IMG/VR virus record: IMGVR_UViG_3300031669_000025
Location: 1-61,192 of that record
Direction: 5' to 3' (one strand)
DNA length: 61,192 bases
Origin: a virus
Taxonomy: Duplodnaviria > Caudoviricetes
This document shows positions 1 through 7,157 of this stretch, one piece after another; within the stretch, counting starts at the first letter, position 1; the number at the start of each line of letters is the position of its first letter. The notes beneath the pieces are model-generated. The model was not told where the DNA came from. It searched no databases and was given only the letters and a program-made list of their open reading frames with translations. A program made the position numbers and the translations under genes.

Positions 1-200
1 AATGTTTTATATTTGTTGTTATGTTCTTTTAAAAATGGGGATATGATGCAGTAATGTATCATCGACAAACATAATCTTCTATAACCTCTGGGAATCGGCA
101 CGTTATGGAGTGAAAGAGATGCCAAACTGAAACAGGACGCTAAAAGCCGATATATAGCCGAGTAGGTTGGTCTGGTGCGATAATGCCCCATTTTTATTGA

Positions 201-331
201 ACATAACGGCTGGCAATAAGAAATGTATGGGATTTAGAAGCAGTAACCTATCCCACTACACGAAATTAAATTAAAGGCACAACTGCACAATTTGGCACTG
301 ACACCCATATATTTTTTATTGTGTGTTATAG
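201..331. repeat. attC-like hairpin S1
   Basis: ACATAAC-ggctg-GCAATAAGAAATGTATGGG ... CCCATATATTTTTTATTGT-gt-GTTATAG. Confidence 0.8.
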
Positions 332-349
332 CCAGTTAATTTAAAAACT

Positions 350-553
350 ATGAACAAATTATTACTTACATTGAAAAGAGATTATAACGATTCAATTACT
401 TTAGTCGCAAATAATCACAAAGATTTAGAAGATTACTTACGTTCCAATTATGATTTTCATAAAATAACAGTAAGAGACGATTCTGTTAGTATTGTTGCTC
501 GTGAAGGTTATGAAACAGAGTTTGGAACGCTTGAATGGATACGCCACGTTTAA
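350..553 (+). CDS. Hypothetical cassette protein (67 aa)
   Basis: ORF fills cassette 325-564; its stop lies in the terminal inverted repeat. Confidence 0.8.
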   Translation: MNKLLLTLKRDYNDSITLVANNHKDLEDYLRSNYDFHKITVRDDSVSIVAREGYETEFGTLEWIRHV

Positions 554-557
554 TTGG

Positions 558-799
558 CTATAACGGACGGGAATAAACGACTTTTAAAAATTATACGATG
601 GAATATACAAAAGCAGATTTAAACTGGTTGATGAGCAAAATGGAATGCACATCAGAACGCTATATGGAAGCGGAAAAAATGATAATTGAGATTATAGATA
701 TGCCTTGGTGGAAGCGTCTATTTTGCGGACGCAAACTACTACGCTTCTTAAAAAGCCGAGACAAGTATAATTTTTAATTGCGTTTATTTATTGTTGTGC
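558..799. repeat. attC-like hairpin S2 with an ORF in its loop
   Basis: CTATAAC-ggacg-gGAATAAACGacTTTTAAAAATTATAC ... GTATAATTTTTAAttgCGTTTATTTa-tt-GTTGTGC. Confidence 0.7.
598..777 (+). CDS. Small hypothetical protein (59 aa, not in the ORF track)
   Basis: Translated by hand: MEYTKADLNWLMSKMECTSERYMEAEKMIIEIIDMPWWKRLFCGRKLLRFLKSRDKYNF*. It has an A-rich leader and exactly fills the hairpin loop. Confidence 0.7.
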   Translation: MEYTKADLNWLMSKMECTSERYMEAEKMIIEIIDMPWWKRLFCGRKLLRFLKSRDKYNF

Positions 800-823
800 T
801 TAACGAAGTGGCGTTTTAATGAA

Positions 824-884
824 GCATAACGTATGGTTGTATGATTTCGTTGCTTTTCGCAATGAATTATACAACGTGTTAGTA
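824..884. repeat. attC-like hairpin S3 (61 bp, minimal)
   Basis: GCATAAC-gtatg-GTTGTATGATTTCGTTGC-ttttc-GCAATGAATTATACAAC-gt-GTTAGTA. Confidence 0.85.
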
Positions 885-976
885 GCTGGCGGTTTAATTA
901 CCCACCACCGCCCGAACGAAGCACTAAAAAAAAGAAAAGCGAAGCGTGGGGATTTTTAATTTTAAAACTAGATATT

Positions 977-1411
977 ATGAAAGATTTTGATTCGATTAAA
1001 GGACTAATTAACAAAGATGCCTTACAAAAAAGCATAGATGCTAACACCGATGGATATGGTGGGGCTTGCGTAAATGTTGCAATAAATGTAATGAAGCATT
1101 TAGACGAGTTTAAGGATGAGTTTAACATTGGTTATAACCCAGACATGACAACACCACACGGCATTATTTGCAAATGTGATGACCAGGGAGGGATTACTGG
1201 CTTTATGGCTGGTGCTGCAAGAAATATAATTGCTAATTGCCACGTTTTAGGATGGAAATTTTACTTGGCTGATACATTAAGTCCATACGATATTGAGAGA
1301 GATGAAGATATTGAAAAAGCGATTAAAAATGTTGTAGATGCTAAACTAGTAAGCTACGATGAAGCAAAAGCATACACTGCTGACTTAATTAAAAGATATA
1401 AATCCAAATAA
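977..1411 (+). CDS. Hypothetical cassette protein (144 aa)
   Basis: ORF within cassette 878-1504; contains a GITGFMAG motif; no function assigned. Confidence 0.8.
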   Translation: MKDFDSIKGLINKDALQKSIDANTDGYGGACVNVAINVMKHLDEFKDEFNIGYNPDMTTPHGIICKCDDQGGITGFMAGAARNIIANCHVLGWKFYLADTLSPYDIERDEDIEKAIKNVVDAKLVSYDEAKAYTADLIKRYKSK

Positions 1412-1497
1412 GTTTGAAAAACTTAAAGCGGGTGGGGCTTTTCTTTTTTTGTTCCAATTACGCAGGAACTTTGATACGAGAACTAAACCCCGCTTGC

Positions 1498-1592
1498 TAC
1501 TAACGGTTGGGTGTATGAAACGTAATCTAACCACGAACTTTGATATTAACCACTGAACTATAATAGGTTATGTTTTATACACCTTGTTATGG
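1498..1592. repeat. attC-like hairpin S4
   Basis: TACTAAC-ggttg-GGTGTATGAAACGTAATCTA ... TAGGTTATGTTTTATACACC-tt-GTTATGG. Confidence 0.85.
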
Positions 1593-1634
1593 TTTAGTTA
1601 AAAAATTATTATACAAACTTAAAATAAAAAACAT

Positions 1635-1844
1635 ATGGAAAACAATTTAATGGAAATCGGTAAAAGATTTCATCAACTAAAAAGTGAATTATTACACGGT
1701 GGATACACTGGTGAAATGTTAGAAAATCACATAACAGATGTAATATCTGATGAAATCTTGTCTGAATTAGGTGAGATAGAAAGATATGATGAAGTAAAAA
1801 GAGCGTTAGTTAATATGTTTTTTCTTGGACAACTCTCGAAATAA
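1635..1844 (+). CDS. Hypothetical cassette protein (69 aa)
   Basis: ORF fills cassette 1586-1863. Confidence 0.8.
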   Translation: MENNLMEIGKRFHQLKSELLHGGYTGEMLENHITDVISDEILSELGEIERYDEVKRALVNMFFLGQLSK

Positions 1845-1856
1845 TTTTTTAATTAA

Positions 1857-1950
1857 CCATAACGTATTGCAATATGAAACGGTTGCCTTGTAAGACGTTT
1901 CACAATATAGATGCAGTTTTCTGGCAACTGTTTTATATTGCGTGTTATCG
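1857..1950. repeat. attC-like hairpin S5
   Basis: CCATAAC-gtatt-GCAATATGAAACGGTTGCC ... GGCAACTGTTTTATATTGC-gt-GTTATCG. Confidence 0.85.
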
Positions 1951-1987
1951 GCTGCCTTTATTGTTAAATCATTAAAATATCAAATAA

Positions 1988-2395
1988 ATGAAAAGAGAAA
2001 TATTATTTAAAGGGAAATTATCACATTCAAAAGAATGGATTGAAGGCAATTTAATTATTGCACAAAATGGAAAACCTTACATAATTCCATTTGATGTTAT
2101 TGAACCCGATGGGCATCATTTGATTATTGATTCAGATAATCCATTTTGGGTTGATGAAAATACTATTAGTCAATTTATAAACCAAACCGACAAAAATGGT
2201 AAAAAGATTTTTGAAGGCGATTATGATTCAGATGGTAATTGTATAGTTTGGTGCAAAGAATGTAATGGTTTTGAATTTGCTGCAATAGATTTACCAACGA
2301 AAGATATTTGCATCCCATGTCATAGATGCGATGGAAATTTCTTCTTTGGCGACCAAATAAACGACTTTGAGATTGTAGGGAATGTTGCGGATTAA
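1988..2395 (+). CDS. YopX-family protein (cassette-borne)
   Basis: MKREILFKGK...W..G and TISQF...DKNGKKIFEGD...FEIVGN are YopX signatures; it also has two extra CxxC pairs. Confidence 0.8.
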   Translation: MKREILFKGKLSHSKEWIEGNLIIAQNGKPYIIPFDVIEPDGHHLIIDSDNPFWVDENTISQFINQTDKNGKKIFEGDYDSDGNCIVWCKECNGFEFAAIDLPTKDICIPCHRCDGNFFFGDQINDFEIVGNVAD

Positions 2396-2404
2396 GGTTG
2401 CCGA

Positions 2405-2441
2405 TAACTCGTTTATATATACAGTTCAAAAAATTGAACCA
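2405..2441. other. Array-terminal site T1 (candidate attI-like docking site)
   Basis: TAACTCGTTTATATATACAGTTCAAAAAATTGAACCA; 29/37 ungapped identity to 6715-6751; no partner hairpin arm. Confidence 0.55.
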
Positions 2442-2505
2442 AGAGGAAATCTAACAAAGTAACTTAAAACTAATTTAATGTTTAAATTTACCTATAAATA
2501 ATACA

Positions 2506-2883
2506 ATGAAAAAACTAATTTTAATATTACTCCTATTAATACCTATAACTATATTCTCAAGTCCTCTTCATATTGGTCATGCTAAAGTATATGTTAAATA
2601 TTGTATTACTTCAGATAGACATGATACCTATGATGAAGAAAGTAACTATATAAGAGAATATTGTTCTAATAATGTTCAAGTATTTTATTTCTTTAATAGT
2701 AATAATACTTGCTATGAACAAACTACATTCTATGATAAGTCTATCCTTGCTAAACTTTATACTCAACTATCTAGTTTAACACCTGTTACAACTAATATTT
2801 GGATTGATACTAGTAATGGAGTATACTATGAATTATTAATACAAGATAAAGATACCTATTTCTGTATAAGAAATTGGAAATAA
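2506..2883 (+). CDS. Hypothetical exported protein
   Basis: N-terminal signal peptide MKKLILILLLLIPITIFS. Confidence 0.7.
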   Translation: MKKLILILLLLIPITIFSSPLHIGHAKVYVKYCITSDRHDTYDEESNYIREYCSNNVQVFYFFNSNNTCYEQTTFYDKSILAKLYTQLSSLTPVTTNIWIDTSNGVYYELLIQDKDTYFCIRNWK

Positions 2884-2935
2884 TAAATTACTATGAAAAA
2901 AGCATACTTATAGTGTATTAACACCTTGTTAAAAT

Positions 2936-3163
2936 ATGAGAGCATTTATAATAAAACACAGAGGTAAATCAAGATGGCAAAATATGGTATTTGATAGAGA
3001 AATAACTTTTTCTGATAAAGATAAAATATATGCAGGATTATTATTTTTTAGAAAGAAAGATGCTCAAAAATATCTTGAAACATATCAATATAAAGAATAC
3101 TATGAAGTCATTGGTGTGACTATTGATGATTCTAGTAAAGATAATAGGTTTACAAAAACTTAA
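2936..3163 (+). CDS. Hypothetical protein
   Basis: ORF in co-oriented gene run. Confidence 0.65.
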   Translation: MRAFIIKHRGKSRWQNMVFDREITFSDKDKIYAGLLFFRKKDAQKYLETYQYKEYYEVIGVTIDDSSKDNRFTKT

Positions 3164-3190
3164 ATTTATAATTCATAAACTTTAAATACA

Positions 3191-3412
3191 ATGACAAATG
3201 AACAAATTTATAAAAAGGTAGTGGGACATAAGCCAAATAAAAAGTTTGGTATAAAAGGCTCATTTAGTTGGGATGATATAAATAAATTAATGAATGAAAC
3301 AATAGAAAATTACATCATATCTAATGGTATAAAACTTTATTCCCAAGAAGAAATTGATATGGTTTATGATAAAGGTTTTGAAGATGGATGTATTTATTTA
3401 GCAAATAAGTAA
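3191..3412 (+). CDS. Hypothetical protein
   Basis: ORF in co-oriented gene run. Confidence 0.65.
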   Translation: MTNEQIYKKVVGHKPNKKFGIKGSFSWDDINKLMNETIENYIISNGIKLYSQEEIDMVYDKGFEDGCIYLANK

Positions 3413-3427
3413 TAAATTTTAAATGTA

Positions 3428-3634
3428 ATGAAACATCAATTTAATATTAGAAGAAGAAGCTATGTTTCAGTAATAACTCCAGAAATAGAGTATATTGTAG
3501 AACATAAGAATATAGGTTATAAATCTAACTTTATATCAGCAAAGTTAAGTATGAAACCTACAACAGTAAGTTATATCCTTAAAAGATATACACTTAAAGA
3601 TAAGAATAACAAGTATATAATGCATAATAAATAA
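3428..3634 (+). CDS. Small basic protein, possible HTH
   Basis: ISAKLSMKPTTVSYIL resembles an HTH recognition segment; its stop overlaps the polymerase start. Confidence 0.5.
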   Translation: MKHQFNIRRRSYVSVITPEIEYIVEHKNIGYKSNFISAKLSMKPTTVSYILKRYTLKDKNNKYIMHNK

Positions 3635-5508
3635 TGATTCATTTCATAAGCACACAAAAAATCATAGAAACAGATGAAATAAGAGAATCTACTGTAGAGG
3701 AAGCATTAAATTATCTTAATAATTTAGATATAATTGGATTAGATTTAGAAACTACGGGATTTGATCCATATAAAGATAAAATATTATTAATGCAATTAGG
3801 TGATAGAGAGAATCAATATGTTATAGATACAATTACAGTAGATATTCTTATTTTTAAAGAATTACTAGAAAGTGATAGGTTATTTATAGGTCAAAATATA
3901 AAATTTGATTTAAGATTTTTATTAGTTCAAAAAATTATAGTAAAAGATGTTTATGATACCTATATTGTTGAAGAAATTTTATATAATGGTATTGTAGGAA
4001 TAAGAAAAAGTTTAGATTATATAGCAGAAAGATATTGCAAAGTATTTCTTGATAAATCTATTAGAGGAAATATTCATAGAGAAGGAAATTCTTATAGAGT
4101 TATAAGATATGCAGCTGATGATGTAAAGTATCTACATGAAATTAGAGAGAAACAGTTACTAGATGTATATAAAAAGGATTTAAATAGATCAATAGAACTT
4201 AATAACTTATTTGTTCCAGTTCTTGCCTATGTTGAAATATCTGGATTTACTTTAGATAGTAGCAAGTGGAAAGAAAAAATGAGACAAGATAAAATAGAAT
4301 TAGAATCTAGACTAAATATTTTAAATAATTATATACTTGATAATAAAATAGACCAATTTATAGAGAAACAACTAGATTTATTTAATTCTAATACTACAGT
4401 TACAATAAATTGGAAATCTCCAAAACAAGTTGTAGAATTTCTAAAAATTATAGGTATTGATTCTAGGGAATTAGATAAAGATTCTGGAGAATTAAAATGG
4501 AAAGCAAATGCTACAGTATTACAGAAGAAAATAAGTGAAAATCCTATTATATCTACATTTATAGAGTATGGAGAATATTATAAAAAATGTTCTACTTATG
4601 GGGAGAACTTTTTAAAACAAATCCATCCTATAACTGGAAAATTACATACTAAGTTTCAACAATGGATGAAAACTGGTAGAATGTCTTCAGGTGGGAAGGA
4701 TAAAAGTGCTAATATTGAATATATAAACTTTCAAAATATCCCAGCAGATAGTGAAACTAGAAGTTGTTTTGTTGCTTCTGAAGGTAATATATTAATAGAT
4801 GCAGATTATTCTGGCCAAGAACAAATAGTTTTAGCTAATAAGTCCTTAGACCCAAATATTCTAGAGTTTTATGATAAGAAATTGGGAGATATGCATTCCT
4901 ATATTGCTAAATTATGTTTTAAAGAAGAGTTAGAAGGTATTGAACTCAGTGATGTAAAGAAGTTAAGACCAGATTTAAGACAACTTGCTAAAGCAGCAGG
5001 TTTTGCGATAAATTATGGTGGCAATGGATTTACTATAGCAAACAATTTAAATGTATCTCAAGATTTAGGAGATAAAGTATATGAAGCATATTTTAAAGCA
5101 TTTCCAGGATTAAAGAATTATTTTGATGGTGGATATAAAAATGCTAAAATGAGACATTATATTCTTTATAATGAAGTTACCAGAGATAAATTCTTTATTC
5201 CTTATTCTATGAAGGATGGGGAAATAAAAAGAGCATCAATGAATTTTCCTATACAAGGAACATCAGCTTCAATTACTAAATATGCAGCAATTTTATACTA
5301 TAGAAAATTACTAGAAAGAAATTTACTTTTTAAAATATTTATACCTAATATAATTCATGATGAAATTATACTAGATTGTCCTAAAGAAATAGCAAATGAA
5401 GAAAGTATAGTATTAAAACAATGTATGGAAGATGCAGGAGTAAGATTTAACCAAACTAGAGTTCCATTGTATGCAGAACCATGTATTACAGAATTTTGGA
5501 AACATTAA
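3634..5508 (+). CDS. polA: Family A DNA polymerase with 3'-5' exonuclease domain
   Basis: ExoI DLETTG, ExoII NIKFD, ExoIII YAADD; TGRMSS; motif A DADYSGQE; motif B RQLAKAAGFAINYG; NFPIQG; motif C IHDE. Confidence 0.97.
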   Translation: MIHFISTQKIIETDEIRESTVEEALNYLNNLDIIGLDLETTGFDPYKDKILLMQLGDRENQYVIDTITVDILIFKELLESDRLFIGQNIKFDLRFLLVQKIIVKDVYDTYIVEEILYNGIVGIRKSLDYIAERYCKVFLDKSIRGNIHREGNSYRVIRYAADDVKYLHEIREKQLLDVYKKDLNRSIELNNLFVPVLAYVEISGFTLDSSKWKEKMRQDKIELESRLNILNNYILDNKIDQFIEKQLDLFNSNTTVTINWKSPKQVVEFLKIIGIDSRELDKDSGELKWKANATVLQKKISENPIISTFIEYGEYYKKCSTYGENFLKQIHPITGKLHTKFQQWMKTGRMSSGGKDKSANIEYINFQNIPADSETRSCFVASEGNILIDADYSGQEQIVLANKSLDPNILEFYDKKLGDMHSYIAKLCFKEELEGIELSDVKKLRPDLRQLAKAAGFAINYGGNGFTIANNLNVSQDLGDKVYEAYFKAFPGLKNYFDGGYKNAKMRHYILYNEVTRDKFFIPYSMKDGEIKRASMNFPIQGTSASITKYAAILYYRKLLERNLLFKIFIPNIIHDEIILDCPKEIANEESIVLKQCMEDAGVRFNQTRVPLYAEPCITEFWKH

Positions 5509-5523
5509 TTAAATAAACTAATT

Positions 5524-5820
5524 ATGGGACAAGCAGTAAGTAAAAAGATCGTAGAATATCTAACCTACGAGGAGTTCAAGCAGCAACTGAAACTTCTCGA
5601 AACTACATCAACAACCAATTTTTTCAGGGATGTTCCAGTATACATTTCCAGTGATGGTAAAGGATGTATTATTGCTCTAATAGGTAACTTTATTTATTTT
5701 AATAAAGAGGATATTCTTATTGTAGATGAAATAGGTGATAATCCCCTTAAAGCCATCACCAAGGAGCAGTTCAATGAGGACTATACTCCCATTGAGGAGA
5801 TAAAGGTTAACCCAGTTTAA
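5524..5820 (+). CDS. Hypothetical protein
   Basis: 98-aa ORF. Confidence 0.65.
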   Translation: MGQAVSKKIVEYLTYEEFKQQLKLLETTSTTNFFRDVPVYISSDGKGCIIALIGNFIYFNKEDILIVDEIGDNPLKAITKEQFNEDYTPIEEIKVNPV

Positions 5821-5925
5821 AAACTAAAGATATGGAAGTAAAAGAATTTATTGGAGAAAAGGTAGTCTATGATGATCTAGATTAGTTTACGTATAATTAG
5901 TATATAATGTTCATTAAAAATTGTA

Positions 5926-6055
5926 CCCTAACGTTAAGTATATGGCAAGGTGGGGATTAAAACGTGCTGCCCTATCGAGCCAAAAGAAAGTAAATTAACA
6001 GCACAAATATTGCAAACTGGAATACGCCCCCAATTTGCTATATACATTGTTAGGG
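5926..6055. repeat. attC-like hairpin S6
   Basis: CCCTAAC-gttaa-GTATATGGCAAggTGGGG ... CCCCAatTTGCTATATAC-att-GTTAGGG. Confidence 0.75.
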
Positions 6056-6074
6056 TGCGTTTATTCTTATTAAA

Positions 6075-6401
6075 ATGGAAGCAAAAGAAGAAAAATTTAA
6101 AATAGAGGTAAGATTCTCAAAAAATAGACACTACCCTGAATATGGAAGTGAAGCATATAGTATTGAAAGCCATTCTATTTATATTCCGTATGGTAAAAGA
6201 TTTGATTTTAAAAATAGTAGCAGGGCAATAGAATTTATAAAAGGCAGAATTGATTCAAAAGTTTTAGAACATTTCGATTCTGTTTGCATAACAAAATGGC
6301 GTGGTTACGGAGGAACTTACGAATATTTGAAGGAATGTAAAGAAAAAAGCGACACCAAACCAATTGATAAAGAATTTGCTGAAAGTATACTGTTTTTTTA
6401 A
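6075..6401 (+). CDS. Hypothetical cassette protein (108 aa)
   Basis: ORF fills cassette 6049-6413. Confidence 0.8.
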   Translation: MEAKEEKFKIEVRFSKNRHYPEYGSEAYSIESHSIYIPYGKRFDFKNSSRAIEFIKGRIDSKVLEHFDSVCITKWRGYGGTYEYLKECKEKSDTKPIDKEFAESILFF

Positions 6402-6406
6402 ATGCA

Positions 6407-6536
6407 CCCTAACGGTTGCAAATATAAAATCGGTGGGATTTTACTCACCGACTTTGATAAATTGAATTAATGTAACTTAAACAGACTGGGCTAACAAGAC
6501 CACTAACACCCCACTGTTTTATATTTGTTGTTATGT
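6407..6536. repeat. attC-like hairpin S7
   Basis: CCCTAAC-ggttg-CAAATATAAAAtCGGTGGG ... CCCACTGTTTTATATTTG-tt-GTTATGT; the right arm matches the partial site at 3-24. Confidence 0.85.
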
Positions 6537-6549
6537 GGCGTTAATTATT

Positions 6550-6717
6550 ATGGACTGCCAACGACCAGTAAAAAACAAAGAAACAAACCAATGGGAAGTA
6601 TGGGATTTTGCTTACGAAGAAAATGGCGAAAGATACTATGAACTTCATAAGTTTTTTACATACAAAGAGGCTATTGATTTTTGGAAAGTTAGAAATCAGA
6701 AACTTAATGCCACATAA
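6550..6717 (+). CDS. Hypothetical cassette protein (55 aa)
   Basis: ATG at 6550 preferred over GTG 6535, which lies in the repeat; the stop TAA is the TAAC core. Confidence 0.75.
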   Translation: MDCQRPVKNKETNQWEVWDFAYEENGERYYELHKFFTYKEAIDFWKVRNQKLNAT

Positions 6718-6751
6718 CTAGTTTATAACCTTAGCTAAAAAAATTGAACCA
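6715..6751. other. Array-terminal site T2 (candidate attI-like docking site)
   Basis: TAACTAGTTTATAACCTTAGCTAAAAAAATTGAACCA; paralog of 2405-2441. Confidence 0.55.
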
Positions 6752-6809
6752 CATGAAAAGTGTCGAATCTATTGAATAAGATTTTAACTCATACATAAAA
6801 ACTAAAGAT

Positions 6810-7154
6810 ATGAAAAAGTTACTATTATTACTATCATTATTGCTACTATTTACTACAATTAATGCTACAGAAAAAAACATTCAATCAGTTGTAATAGTAA
6901 ATAATAATGTTAAATTAGGTAATGGATTTTATTCAATACCTAAACATTATAAATATACAATGAAACAAAAAGTAATACATTGTATAATTGCAGAAGCTAT
7001 AATATTTGCAATAGGTGAATATGCTATTAAAACTAGAAATGCACAATTATGGAATGCTGATGGTATTCTCTTTGTAGCATCTATTCCTGCTAATATTATA
7101 TATTTGAATAATTACAAAAGACCTATTGGTTGTAGTGGAATGAATAATCCTTAA
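6810..7154 (+). CDS. Hypothetical membrane/exported protein
   Basis: Signal peptide plus two hydrophobic segments. Confidence 0.7.
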   Translation: MKKLLLLLSLLLLFTTINATEKNIQSVVIVNNNVKLGNGFYSIPKHYKYTMKQKVIHCIIAEAIIFAIGEYAIKTRNAQLWNADGILFVASIPANIIYLNNYKRPIGCSGMNNP

Positions 7155-7157
7155 ATT

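Larger units (their letters stand above)
1..2441. mobile_element. Integron-like gene cassette array 1 (truncated by the window start; at least 6 cassettes and 5 complete attC-like hairpins)
   Basis: Alternating GTT...AAC cassettes (18-207, 325-564, 793-830, 878-1504, 1586-1863, 1944-2408) and TAAC...GTT imperfect hairpins. Each cassette's left end is the reverse complement of its own right end. Confidence 0.8.
5922..6751. mobile_element. Integron-like gene cassette array 2 (2 cassettes, 2 attC-like hairpins, terminal site)
   Basis: Cassettes 6049-6413 (GTTAGGGTGCGTTTA/TAAATGCACCCTAAC) and 6530-6718 (GTTATGTGGCGTTAA/TTAATGCCACATAAC); same grammar as array 1. Confidence 0.8.

Noticed and set aside
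37-190. tRNA or tmRNA (GGGG...TCGAC...CCCCA)
   Set aside because: No T-arm GTTCRA, wrong length, and the GGGG/CCCC pair belongs to the cassette terminal repeat.
898-2429. Minus-strand ORFs 898-1128 and 2175-2429
   Set aside because: Antisense shadows of better + strand cassette genes.
1-2441. CRISPR array or simple terminators as an explanation of the repeats
   Set aside because: Units are not identical direct repeats, spacing is gene-sized and variable, and the hairpins lack U-tracts while sharing AAC/GTT cores.
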